From the NCBI GenBank assembly GCA_021613535.1, contig CP075496.1:6262001-6326000 (forward strand): DNA of 64,000 bases. Reading direction: 5' to 3'. A program made the position numbers and the translations under genes. The DNA is from Adineta vaga (lineage: Eukaryota > Animalia > Rotifera). Under the pieces are notes generated by a model that did not search any database, was not told where the DNA came from, and worked only from the letters and a program-made list of their open reading frames with translations. This document shows positions 26,493 to 41,600 of this stretch, in pieces. Position 1 is the stretch's first letter; each line of letters opens with the position of its first letter.

Positions 26493-26569
26493 AAACATGT
26501 AGAATGGTTAATCGTGTTTGATTTTGAGAGAATTCATTTTTCTAGTATTCAAGTGCCTTACTGATTGCA

Positions 26570-29500
26570 ATGACCGATCATAAAGCATCGGCTATTAGTG
26601 ATCCTCGTGCTAGTTTACAAAACTTTTCATCACGTCAAGAATCATCGTTTCAATATGGCGATCCACCAAAACATCAGATCAAGGTAAATAGAAGAAAAAC
26701 AATTGAAATGACACATAGATCTTAAAAACAATGGCTTTTTATTGTTATTTTTTAGAATACTACCATATCAAACGATGAAAAATCCAAGAAAGATTCAGAG
26801 ACAACTAATTATGAAGATGATTCGTATGATACAGAAGAGGTAAAATTTATAAATGATGATTTTGATGTACTTAGTAACGAATGTTTTCCAATGGTATTCT
26901 TTGCAAATAGAATTAGAGATTCATCACGTTTATTTCTTTGTCATTTAGTCTTAATGATGAATAGAAATTAACTAAACTAAATTAATTGTATTGTTGTTGT
27001 TGTTGTTATAGAAGAAAGATAGTCATTGTATAATGTATAGATATCAAAGCAAAAAAAAGAATAGTAATCCAATAAAGATATTCAACTGATTGGTCTACTT
27101 TATCGAGGTTAGCGTATAGGCATCTAGCAATTCACGATTTTCTATTATTGTTAGATGTTGTACTTATTTTCCTCGATGATTGATTATTTATTTTTAGGCA
27201 GAGAAAAAATTCCTTGCATCAAAACCAACATGTTTTCTTATCTTGGGTAAGCCAGGTGTTGGTAAAACAAATCTAGCAAGAAAATTAGCTGATGATTGGC
27301 ATGCGGAACTTATTAATAGTAAATCATATTAATTTCTGATTGTCATTCTTTCTAAAAAAAAACAAAAACGAATTTATGATTTTTAGTTGCTGATTTAATT
27401 ACATCGAATATAAAACAAAAAACTGAAATTGGTTTGCATGCACGTGATTTACTTATACGTGGTGAAACTGTACCTGATCAAATGATTGCACGAATGTTAG
27501 ATGTTAAGATGCGTTCGCCTGAAGTAGCACATCATGGTATGTAGAAAAAGAGTTCAGATTTTCTGTTATTGTCACCGTATTCATTCATCTAATTTCTAAA
27601 GGTTATATCTTGGATGGATTTCCAGTGATGAATGAAAATGTTATGAAATTACGTGATCAAATGGCAACAATGAAAAACTGGCCATTAACACCAGATTATG
27701 TGATTAATATTCGTATACCTGATGCTGATTTAATCAATAGAAGAGAAGGAGAAAAAATCGATCCATTAACTGGTGCATTGTATATTAAAGAACAGTATGC
27801 ACCGACACCGATAGAAAAAGTAATGAATTTTGAAATGGTTTTAGAACATAATAAAAAGAACAACATTTATTTCTTTTGTTTTTAGCCTATAAAACCACAA
27901 TCAGACGATGATGAAGATGAAGAGAGTGATGCCGATGAAGATGACGAAGAGCAAATTGAAGAAGAAGAACAAGTAATCGTAAGTATTCTGATTAGAAATA
28001 TCAATGACCAGAAAATTTTGTTTTCGTACGTTAATTCTATAAGCATGATTTTTTATTTATTTATTAGGATGAATTTTTCACACCGATAGAAGCTGACATT
28101 GTAGAAAGATTAGTCACTCGACCAGAAGATATGATGCCTGATGTAGCTGATAGTATTAAAATATTCAAAGATCAATTATTAAGATTGTTTGAAGAATATA
28201 TGGCAAGTTTACCGCATTCCTATTTAATTGAACTCGATGGAAATATGTCACCGACCATTCTTTTTCAACAATTACTTGAACGTTTAAGTGCATATCCAAT
28301 TAGACGAGCAGCTCTTGTTCAACGATTTTTTCCACCTGAACAAGAAGAGGAAGAAGTTACACATGATGGCGATGAAATGGGTTTGCATATCTATTTGATA
28401 ACTTCAAAAGATGAAAGATGATTATGTTGATATTTGTTATTTCTAGGAGAAGAAGGAGAAGAAGATGAAGATGGTGAAAAACCAGGTCGTGCTGAAGAAG
28501 CTTCACCTGCGGATGAAATGGATACGGAAGAATTGATGTTGTCATTAGCTGGATCCAATGTTCTTTCGAATAAATACAAATGGCAACGAAGTCGTTGGTT
28601 ACGTGTAGATCCAGTTGCTCTTAAACAAGGAAATCGTGTACCTGGTCGACAGGAATTTTCTGTTCAGTATGTTCTTCTATTTCTTCTATATAATTTTCAT
28701 CCGAATTTGACTTTCGTTTAGCTTTATGGATAAGATATTTGTTCTTTCGAATAAAGAAACATTGAAAGAATTTCAAAAGAATCCTCGACGCTATATCAAT
28801 CAAGCTCGACAACCATGTAAACTTTTTCTCTATGGTCCTCGAGTGTCTGGTGTTGAACAATTAGCAAAAGATATTGCTAAAAAATATGATGCCACCGTAA
28901 GTGAAGAGTGAAGATTTTAAAACGCCTATAGCAGTTTATGTTTGAAAAAAGGTTATCGATATGGTAGCTTATTGTCAACCGAAAGTTGATGAACTTCGTC
29001 AACAGTATATTGATAAAATTCGAGATGAAGTACAACAAGCAACTATCGACAAATTACAACAACAGGCCGATGCAGAAGCTGCAGGTTTGAAACGATTTTA
29101 ATTCGATTTTGTTTTGTTTTTTCTAAATAGTTCTTTCATAGAAAGAGCAGCACGACAACCATCACCACTTGAAGATGCGGAAGAAGAGATCAATGAAGAT
29201 GCTGAACCATCTAATATCGAAGACGGTGAAACAATCACTGATCCAAATGATCTCGATCAAACAGAAAAAGGTGCAAATCCTGATGCCGAAGAAGAAGAAG
29301 AACAGCAACAACAGAAATCAAAACAACCTTCACCAGTTCCAGGTGCAGTTTCGCCAACACCAGCTGTTGCTTCATCGTCACCAGCGCCAGGTGGTTCTAC
29401 CACAGCATCACCAGCACCTGGAGAAGTACCTCCAGAAGATCTTCGTGGTTTAGGTCCAGAAGATGAACAAATTCAAGTTGAACCAATTACAGCTGATCAT

Positions 29501-32500
29501 CCCGAAGTAAAGAAAGCTGTTGAACAAGCCGTTGAAGAAGCTCGAAATGCATCGATTAATGTTCCAGCCGATGTTGTTGCTGAATTAATGTTTCAAGCAA
29601 TACAAAAAGTTGAACAAGAACAACGAGAAAAAAATCCGAATGGACCGTTGTAAGTACTTCTAAACACAGCGAATCTGTTAACATTTATTAAATCTTTTCT
29701 GTTCCAGATATGGTAATTGGATCTTTGTTAATTCTCCATTTGATAAAGAAACATTTACTCTTCTAAATGAAAAGCATATTCAACCAGATGATGTTCTTGT
29801 TTTACAAGATAGTAATGCGCAATTAGAAGCGTTACAAAAACGCTGGTATAAAGCAAATCGAACAGAAATCGATAAAGAAATTCGTGAACGAGAAGAACAT
29901 GAAGCAAATGAAAGACGAATAGAGGAAGAAGAACGAAAGTAAGTAATGATTGGAAATTATAATTAAATATAAATAGTTATCTCGTTGCCATTCAAGACGT
30001 AAAATAGAAGAAGCAAAATTACTTGCTGAACAAGAACGACAAGAGCGTTTAGCAGAGCGACAGAGACGAATTGAAGCTGGTGAAGTACTTGACGACGATG
30101 AAGAGGAAGAAGAAGATGGAACTGATGAAAAAGGTTACTTTGAAAAATAAAGAAATAGTTTTGTTGATTCTATAATTTTGTCTTTTTGTTCTTGTTTATA
30201 TAGAAATGGAACAAGCAATACTTGACGATCGAAATTATGAACCGAAAAAGGAAGATTTTATTGATAAGATTCCAGAAACAATATTAGAAGGTATTTTTTC
30301 ATTTTCTAATCTTATATTAGCTGTTTCTGACTACTAGTTATCGTCAGATCATCGTTGTATTTATGAAACTTTTTGAAAACTAAATATATGTTTATTTTCA
30401 GAGGATGAATCCATGGGTAAAGAAGGTGACAAAGACAAAGACAAAGAAAGCAGTATGTATTAATATTTTAATATTTTTTCTATACATATATAAACATATC
30501 AAACTAAAACACTGTTATAGATACTGATCTTCATCATGGTCCACCATCGATTTCTCCAGTACCACTTGATCAAGAAGTTCTACCTCCATCTGGTATTGAA
30601 CGTGATACTTTTATTCAACAAGCGCGTACTGATGTAACACGTATCAATGAATTAATGACCAGTATAGCTAACGTTTTTAATCTTGAACCAATCTATATTG
30701 AATTAATGAAAGAAGATGGAGAGAAATTAAAAGCACGAGAAGAACTATTACAAGAATCCTATGATGCACTTGAAAGTATGTTTATTTCGAGTTGATGATT
30801 GAGTATTGTTCTATGTCGTGTTGTTGTTTCTTTTTTATCTTTTAGAACAATTCAAGTATGCTGTTTTAGAAACTGATGATGGCGAAGAAGGTGCTGATGA
30901 CGAAGAAGAGGGTGAAGAAGGTGAAAATGAAGAGGAAGAAGAGGAAGGTGAAGAAGAAGAAGTTGATCTTTTCAAACGAGATCGAAAGAAACATTTGGGT
31001 GATACAAGCATCTATGATCCCGTCGCTTTATTTGAAAAAAATGTACTTGTACCTGGAAAACCGGATTTTATTCTTTCATATAATTCAAAAACATATCGTT
31101 TCGCCAATGATGATAATCGAAGTGCATTTTTACAAACACCATTGAAATATTTACCTATTACAAAAGCACCAACAGTAATTTCATTTCATCTTTTATTCGA
31201 TGGAAGTAATCATTAACATCTGTTTGATTATTTTCTTTTCTTAGTTACCTACAACTCGTATTAGTATCATTGGACCTGAAGGTTCTGGTAAAAGTTTACA
31301 AGCACGTGATTTAGCAATAAAATATAACACATTTCATATTAAATTTCGTGATCGTTTACAAGAATTAATTATTGGTAAAACAAAAATGAAAATTGGACCC
31401 GAATATAGTGAATCACGTGACGAAGATGATGCGTAAGTATTCTCATACAAACACTAAAAACTAATTGAAAATTTGATGCCATTTTAGAGGAGAAGAAGAA
31501 GATGAACAGAAACCGGATAAACCAGCTGATGAAGTAAGTTAAATCGATTTTACTCATCTGTTTTATGTTCAATCTTTTTTGTCTTAGCCTGAAGAATTAA
31601 CATCTGAAGAAGAAAATATAAAAGCTTATTTACAAGATGGTGAACCTTTAGCACCTGAAATTCTCGATAAAATTGTTAAACCTTGGTGGACTGAAGAACC
31701 ATATCGTTCACGTGGTTTTGTTCTGGAAGGTTTTCCTTCTGCTGAAGATGAAGTCTTTTATATGATTGAAAATCAATTAATACCAGATATTGTTCTTGAA
31801 CTTGAAACAGAAAGTAAAGATATTGTAAAACGAATACTACCTAAACGTATGGAACAATGGACGAAAAAAATGCAAGCAAAAAAAGATAAACGTGCTAATA
31901 AGAAAGCAAAACGAGATCGAGATACGGTTAGTAAGAATTGATTTTTTAGATTTTTTTCCTAAAGAATCGTTTCTTTCATTTAATGTTGTAGAAGAAAAAG
32001 ATAGATGCTCGTCGTGCAGAACTAATTCAAGAACGAGAGAAACGTATTGAAGCAGTAAGAATATGATCGATTGTTTCGAAATCATCTATTTGATGTTTGT
32101 TTTTCTAGGGTGAAATGGTCGAAGATGACGAAATAGAACAAACATTAGCTGATGAATTTCCGGTAAGAAACTATTCTAACGAGACTTGTCATCTTGTGAC
32201 ATGAAGATAATAAAGAATGAATTTAAGATTTACTAGAATTGAAATCAGAAGTTTCTATAATATATTTTATTTTGTAAAATCTAGCCTGATGAAGAAGATC
32301 TTGATGCTGGTGAAGACGAAGAAGATACTGATGCAGCTCGTGGTCGTCTTACTGAAGCAATTGAACAACAATTTAATGATGCAAAAGATAGAATCGAAGG
32401 AGTTAAAGTATGTTGTGTGCATCTCCATATTTAAAAATCTAATCGAATTCTTTCCATTACTTTTATTTAGAAAACATTTCAAGAAGAATTTGTTCCCTAT

Positions 32501-34871
32501 GCTATTATTCGTGCTTCAGATAAACCACGTTATGTAAAAAATCGTATCCATAACAAATTTGAACGATTTGTAACGTTACGTCAAAACTTATTTGAACGTG
32601 TCTATCCAATAAGATCACAATTAGCTGAAAAACTCATCGATAATGGCTATTTACATTATTCTAAATTTGGAAAATTTTGCCCTGTATCTGTATGTTATTT
32701 ACATCTATTCTATTGTTTTGTTTTTATTTGAAGAAAATGTATTTAGTCATATAATGGTGATTGTTTTCCGCCAGCATTTGGACCCGATAAACCACCTCGT
32801 ACTGTTGTCTATCGAAAATATGTTTATTATCTTGCTAATGATGAAGCACGAAATGAATTTATGAAAAATCCAATTCTTTATACGCATCAACCACCACCAA
32901 AATCTCTCGTTCCAGCGAAAATTGCTCTTGTCGGTCCACCAAAATCAGGCAAAACAACTGGTTTGTATAATTTCTATTAAAAAAACAAACAATTCTTTTA
33001 TCTTTCTTTCTAAATAGTCACTAAACGTATTATTCAAGAAATCGGCTGTGTTCGTATATCATTAGTAAGTTTCATTGATATATTCAAATTCCTATATGAA
33101 TCAAATGACTTTTCAAAGGGCGATGCTATTCGATATATACTTGAAAAACAACGACATACAATTCTTGGTAAAGATTTACATGCATTACTTTTAAAAGGTA
33201 GTGAAATCTCGCCAGAAACAGCAATTCGTTGTTTGGAAATTATACTAATGAATGCACAATGTCAAACACGAGGGTAAATAGTCTTTGATACAATTAGATA
33301 ATATAAATAATCATTGAATTATTTTTAGATATATTCTCGATGGATTTCCTCTAACGAAAAAACATGTTGAATTAATAACAGAGAAAGGTATTATTCCATA
33401 CAAAATATTCGAATTAGAATGTGATGTGACGGAATGTACAATGCGCGCGATGAAAGCTCGTAGTGATGTCAAGTAATTCGTTCATCTGTTTTTCAGTACA
33501 AAAACAAGAGACATATCTTTTTTTCGTTTTGTTGTTTTTTAGTCGTCAATTTCCATTACCCGATAGTCCAGAAGCGATTGCTCAGCTCTATGCGACTTAT
33601 CAACATGAAATTTCTCCTGTACGTCAATGGTATACAGAAGAACATAAAAATTGGATGAACATTAATGGAAAAAATAATAAATGGATTATTTGGGACAAAA
33701 TAGTACAAGAAACAACCAATGTCACAAAGAAAATTCAAAATTATATCGAACGAAAATCATTAAATAAAGCAGCTAGTATTGCTGATTTATGTATTTTACC
33801 AAAAGAATTATTAGAACGATTGGGAGAATATGAACATTATTGCCCTGTATCATTAGTATTATATGATGAATTAGTGAATCAATCTGAGCATACAAAAACT
33901 GATTATGTCGCTGAATATAGAGGTACATAAACATAAAAAATAGTTAAACTTGGATAGTTGTCAAAATTATGAACTAATCTTTCAATTGTTCTATTTATTT
34001 TAATAGGAAAATATTATCGCATGGCTGGACCGAAAGAACTTCAACAATTTTTGGATGATCCTGAACGTTTTGCTCCACTAGAACCACATAAATTACCACC
34101 ACCATTAAATCGTCGACCAAATCGTCGTACTGAAGCCGAAGTCAAAACTATGCCTCCAAAACCAGTTGAATTTGCTAGTTATTGTCCAGTAACCTATCTT
34201 AATGGTGGCAAAAGGTAATCAATTTTCTCAAATACGAATTTTAGCATCATTTTTTGAACTTTAGATATGAAAGTCTCGTTCTTGGTCAACAAGAATTTGC
34301 TCTAGAATACCGTGACAAATTATATTTTCTTCTAAATGAAGAGGCACGAGAAAAATTTATGAGGTAAGTTTTGATTTGTTTCATTTCATCATCATCATCA
34401 TCATCATCATCGTTGGTTAATCGACTACTTTGTGTATTTAGACAACCAGAAAAATATTGGAATATTCCATTACCAAATAAACTTCCTCCACCGAAAACTA
34501 CTATCGATGTATTTAATTTACCATGTCTTGGTTATCTTGAACAAACAGTTGCACAAGCAATCATAAAAAGTTTAACTGCTACTGGTTGTTTCAAACCAAA
34601 ATTTCCATTTCTATCAATTAAATCATCAGCATTAATCTACATGGCTTATCATCTCAAAGCTTATAATACTAAAAGTTCGGATTATTTACGTCGAAAATTT
34701 CGAAGAAAACTATATATTTTTGAAGAACAATGTGAATTAATCAATTATTTAGCCGAAAAAACGACCATACGTTATAAAAAACCTGAAAAACGTACACCAG
34801 AATACAATGTCAAATATGAAACATTCTTTGCCTTACAACATAATATGCCTACACTAAATTGGTTAACATAA
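26570..34871 (+). CDS. AK9: Adenylate kinase 9 (multi-domain, axonemal), >25 exons
   Basis: Several P-loops (GKPGVGKT, GPEGSGKS, GPPKSGKT), GYILDGFP repeats and YHS-like DPV/CPV modules. C-terminal GYLEQTVA..KPKFPFLS..SAL.Y.A.HLKAYN. Confidence 0.9.
34386..34411. repeat. (TCA)n microsatellite in the last AK9 intron
   Basis: About 8 tca units. Confidence 0.8.
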
Positions 34872-34977
34872 AGCATATGACTATCCATATTCTTTTTCTC
34901 TTTCATTTAGACTTTTATGCCTTAATAAAAAACACGTGATTTTTTTTTATTTTCGAAAAAATACATCCTGAAAAGTT

Positions 34978-37316
34978 TTAAATAACGATCGCACCGGGTA
35001 ATAAAAGACAAATGACACTTATATTCGATTTTGATTGAGCTAATAAGGCAGCGGAAACTAATCGTTCAGAAATGATTTGTGCTAATTCTAAACGAAAACG
35101 ATATTTTTCTGGAAGAGAATTCCATACATCTTGTTGAATGCCATTTTCAGAGCATTGTACTCGACGATGACGTATCGATGAAAAATATGTCTTATCCATT
35201 TCATCATCTTCATTATGTTCTTCGAATAAATCTAATATTTCATCCATGCAAGCAACAATGTCGTCTTCATTTGGTAAACAAGGAGTAGTTCTCGATGGAT
35301 CGTATTTTTCCAATACAGATTGAACTGCAGTACGTGTACGATTTGGTAATGGTGTATCATGAGATGGTAAACACTAGTAATGAAAAACGATTGTATGATA
35401 ATGAATAAAAGAAAATATTGTTCTCTTTACTTGTGTGACAATTTCAACAACTAGATCATAACTAAGAGCTTCCCAAAGACCTTCAGTAGCTAATATAATA
35501 CATTCGATTGTTGAATCATTTCATAAGTTCGATAATAAGGTAAATTGATAACACATTTTTTTAAATCTTTATCACCGTGATTACCTAATCCACGGGTCGT
35601 TTCGAAAACGCCATCGATCAATTCATTTTCACTTATTTTAACACCTAATCCAATAGAACTTTGATACAATGCACGATTCAGATACATTCAGAAAACTTTA
35701 CCTGTTTCTAACACTCTTACACGTTCACGTTTAGTATTCAACGTATGTTTTTGTGTTAGTAGAAATGCTTTATCAGTTCGTATACCTAACGCTTCCACAT
35801 TTCCTATACAAATCTAATCGAATTATTTCCGATACAAATAAAACTAATGAAGTTTTACCACAATTCGCAATATGAATATAACCAAGATTCACTGGTGTTT
35901 CTTCTTTTTCTTCTTCTAAATCAAGAAGAGATTCATCAATATTATCATTCATTGTAATCACTGCTGTTAATGTAGATGTTCCACTCCAACGAACTTTTGA
36001 TGTTTCATGAAGACCACGTGTTAAAAAATGATCCATTTTTAGATAAGATAAATGATATACATCACCGATATCTTTGATCTCATAATTGTTACTCAATGGA
36101 TCGATCATTCGAGTGTATAAACGATTGATAAGAGAATTATCAACTTCGGAACTGTCCAGATCTTGGATCAGTTTGGACATTTCTAAAAGAACTGCTTCGT
36201 GAAGATGGTCTCGACATAATGTACTGGCCGCTTTACCATTATATCCATCAAATAAACCGATATACGTATTAGCTTCATTTCCTCCTACAAAAAAAAGAGA
36301 AAGAATTACAATAGTTTTCCTTAAACTAAATTACAATCAAGTTATTCTGATGTTCTCAAGTTAAAATTCAATTACTTACTCAGATACCAAATACTTGTAC
36401 ATTGTACAAATAAAGATCAATGAAAAGCAATGAAAGAAGCGAGCAAAGTGACACACACACGCACACGCACATTAATGTACCAAGTGACTATAAGAAGGTG
36501 AAGTGTGATTGATGAAATAAAATAGTTAGATCAAAACACGACATTAAGTTGTTCTCTTTACATACCGAAACAATCGATGTATCTCATTGTGTCTTCCATT
36601 TCAACTTTAAATTGTTTATTTTGACTAGTACATACGCCAATACTAAGAAAAAGTCGATTACGTGGTATGAAACTAATACCTAAGAGAAATTATTTCGTAA
36701 ATGTATACGTTCTTTCTTTAACGAAAGAAACTTACCTTGAATAGTTGATGCCTCATTATTCTCGTATATATAAGGATCATCGAAATAATCATCAGGTTCA
36801 ATTTTTCTTCTTAAAATTTGAAATGTATCATTTATTGTTTTAACATGTTTTAAATAAGATTCGTCAGATAATTCTAAATGTTGCATACGTTGTATAAGTA
36901 CATCGCGTTGTTTAAGTAAGATTTCTATTGTGTCCGGAGGTTCCTTTATTTAAATCAAATATTATTACAGCATAAAAATAACGAAAAACAATATATGATC
37001 TGTTTACCTTAAATCTAAATAATCGTAATGCATTATGATACATCATATGTGTAGTTAATTCGTTAACATTGACATATCGTTCACATATACTACATATGAT
37101 AGTAATATCGGGTTTGGTTGGTTCATGTGATGATTCCAGTACATCAGATACTAGTAACAAAAAAGTTTGAAAAAGAATTCTTGTACATAACTTCTTACTA
37201 TGATCTTGATATGATGGTGTTGCAGATAAATTATGAAGAGATTGTTCTTCTTCGTTATCATTTTCTTTTTCGACTTCTTGTCCTTCCGATTTGACATCTG
37301 ATTCTGTATCAGACAT
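34978..37316 (-). CDS. PP2D1: PP2C-like domain-containing protein 1 with an N-terminal C2H2 finger
   Basis: CSICERYVNVNELTTHMMYH, MEDT, FDGYNG, RWSGTS, HIANCGN, TTRGLGNHGD, ATEGLWE and NISV. ATG at 37316 follows TTTTCAG. Confidence 0.8.
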
Positions 37317-37407
37317 TTCTGAAAACGTAAAAGAATACAACTAAGAATAAAAGTTCAAATCAACTGCTTAATAAGTTTATTTAAACAGAAAAAAAAACGA
37401 AAACAAA

Positions 37408-38285
<878 letters not shown>

Positions 38286-38643
38286 TTATACTTGTAAAAT
38301 GAATGCAAACAAATCGATAAAATGTATCTTTCGTTCTATATATATATATACATATACGATCAGCAAAAGAAGAATACATATATATATATGTATGTATAGA
38401 TATATATATCATTGCATGCAAACAAACACATACACTTGAAAAGAAAATACAGATTAATACAGCTCGCACTTATCACAAAAGACAAAAAAGAAACAGCGAC
38501 GAAAGAAAACAATTTTGAAAATAATCGACACTTTTAAGTAGAAATCAATAGACTAGATAAATTAAAGATAAAGAAAGAATGAGAAAGAGAAATCATCTAC
38601 AAATAGTCGAAGGTTTATTTAAACTTGATTGTTCATCTAAACA

Positions 38644-41600
38644 TTAAAGTTTTTCGATTGATGATGGATTGTAAGCGTTGCTAGTTGCAGGATTACGGTT
38701 AATACGAGGAGATATACCTCTTGATGGTGCATCTTTTGATTGTGAACTATTGAAACCTAAATGATCATGAAGAACTGTTTTGCGAGTAGTTGATGGTGTT
38801 GATAAAGATGTATCAGTTGATGTAATGGATTGAGATGTTGGTGAACCTGGTTGATGTGTAGGATTTAGAGATGCTGATGACTGAGCGGTTGTTATTGAAG
38901 ATAATTTAGGTAAATTAAAGCAAGCTCGACGGACTATGTGACGAGAATTTGATTTAGATGGGCGTACAACGCCAGGTTTAGAAAGTTCAGCTAGAAAGAG
39001 AAATTTTTCGAATTCCTAATCAAATATCTATAGATTTACCTAAATGAATTGCATAACCATCAACAATAAATCGAGCTTGTCCTTGTAAACGACTTTTAAC
39101 TTTTCCAACAACAAATATTCGTTCAGCAGGTACATGAATTAATTGATAGCCTGGTACATCTTTCGATGAACCATATGCAGCTGCGATAATCAAATCAGCA
39201 TTTTCAACAACATTTCGTACCATTTCACTTTTATGCTTAATCGGTTCTCGACATATTCCATCATTAAATAATGTCATTCCTAAATGAAATTATATTTTTT
39301 TTTCAAATTTAATTTTCTAATTGTTTTTACCATGCGGAAAATTATGTTGTCCAAGCCAATTGACGACTCGTCGTTGTTGAATATCAGGACGTGCAGTCAC
39401 ATAAATAATTATATATCCAAGTTCTTGCCAATATCTATTGAATCAATTCATTTTTCGTACTTATCATTCATTTATCAGACAAAAGAAAGATAATATTCTA
39501 TTTACCTTACGACATCAACAGCGCCTGGACGTACTTTTGGATCATGATGACTAACGGAAAAACTGGATGTAAATGAACCATCGATACTAAATATAACTGC
39601 TTCACTTTTCGGTGGTAATACTGTTAAATAAAGATCAAGAGTTGTATGATCACCTCTAAAATATAATAAAAGAACAACGAATGACAGATGTTATGATCTT
39701 TGTTTATGAAAAAAAAGTCATTATTTTAATATTAATTATATTCTTCTAGAATTTCCCAATCTAAATGTCGTCTTTTACTCTTTCATCTTCTAACAAGATC
39801 AATTCAAAAACAACTGCATCATCACTTTCGTACGGTTAAAGATCAATATAATCAATTTTCTCTCGAACGATTATCATGACCTTCATTAGAAAAAAAAAAC
39901 CCAGAGAAACTTCATAGTTTGTTTTCTCTCATTCGTCTTCACTAATATAAACAGAAGAGAATACAGCTGCGTTACTGACTACATAACAGATTGTCTATTG
40001 AAGCAAACTGCGTAGTATGTCATGAAAGAGAAAGAAAAAAACATGAAGATTTGTTTGTTTTTACCGAACAACAAGCTTGACAGGATGTAAACCTAATGGT
40101 AATTTTTTCTCAAGTGGTATTGTATATTTTATACGACCATGTGTATCTGTTTCAACCGTATCAAGTAATGTCCATTCACCGTATGGAGCTGATCTCATCA
40201 CATAAATATTTATTTTTTCATTAACTAAACAGACCATATCAATAGGTCCATAATGAAATTTTGCTTGAATCGTTTGTGGTTTAGCATCGACAATCATTAT
40301 ATCATTAGCTCGATGATTTGGAGCTAAATTCTATAAAACAAAATAACTATGATTTTTGATGAAGAAGAAGCTTTGTAACTTACTCGAATTTTCACTGCAG
40401 TTGTACGATGTAACCAACGTTCAGTTGGTTGTTCAGGAGCAAATAATGGATGATTTGTATTTGTTTGCGTGATGTAAAAACGATAGTTTTCTTGATTACG
40501 AGTAATCTAATGGAATATATGCATATACTGAGAAAACGTTGATGAATTAGACAGACAATTTTACTTTTCGTAATATGAATGCCATTACATCTCGTGATTC
40601 CCAATAACTAGAATGGAAGACAATCGGTAGAACATGTGCTGGTTGACTCATCAGAAATTCCGGACAATAAACAATATAATCAACACGTCTTGAACCCCAC
40701 CAGATTTGTCGAACTAAGAAAACAAATCTTATTAATACTCAAACAAGAAAACGTGAATAAATCATAATTACTATTGGAAAAAATCGTATCTGTATTAATA
40801 GAATTATTTCCATTGATTGATCGAGTTGAATTAATTAGCGTTGAATTTTTTGTATCATTATTTAAAAATAATTTTGCATATTGATGCACATATTCAACTA
40901 TTCAGAGAAAAAACAAACAAATTCCGTGCGTTTTATTACTCCGAAATCAAATTTGGTCAATAATCTTACCGAGTAATGTTGATTCTCCATCACCTAATGG
41001 AAATTGAGAATATCGAGGAACGCAACAAGGTGGTATTTGACTAAATTCAGGTTGAATTAATGGTTCAAGACGAGATGCATTTGGATCGCATGCATGAAAT
41101 AAATTGTACAATTGTCCACAACATGGATGAACAACTAGAGTAAGAAAAAGAACATTTTCTATCATCAAGTTTGTTGAAAAGATTAGTTACCACTATCAGT
41201 TAATAATTTACGATAAGCAAGAATTAATGATAAAGGAGAACCAAAAGAAAAGAATTCATTAACATCAAATGCTAATACTAAATCATAATGTTCTTGTCTT
41301 GAACGTGTATTATCACCCGTACGTGATCTGAAATCAGATAAATTTCATCTAGGAAATTGACAGGAGACGAATTTATTTATTTACATGGTATCGCCTGTTT
41401 CAGGACTGTCAAATGTCATGGCACGTTTTGGTGTATGTCGATTCGATGAATGTATTGATGTTGAATCACTATTGTCATTTTGAGTATTTGTCAGCGTTCG
41501 TTTGGATAGAGCAGGTGTACGAGGTATTGAACCATCTGTTCAAAAGAAAGAAAAAAAAATCATAGAGATTAGCATGAAAATTAAAAATAACTATCAAATT

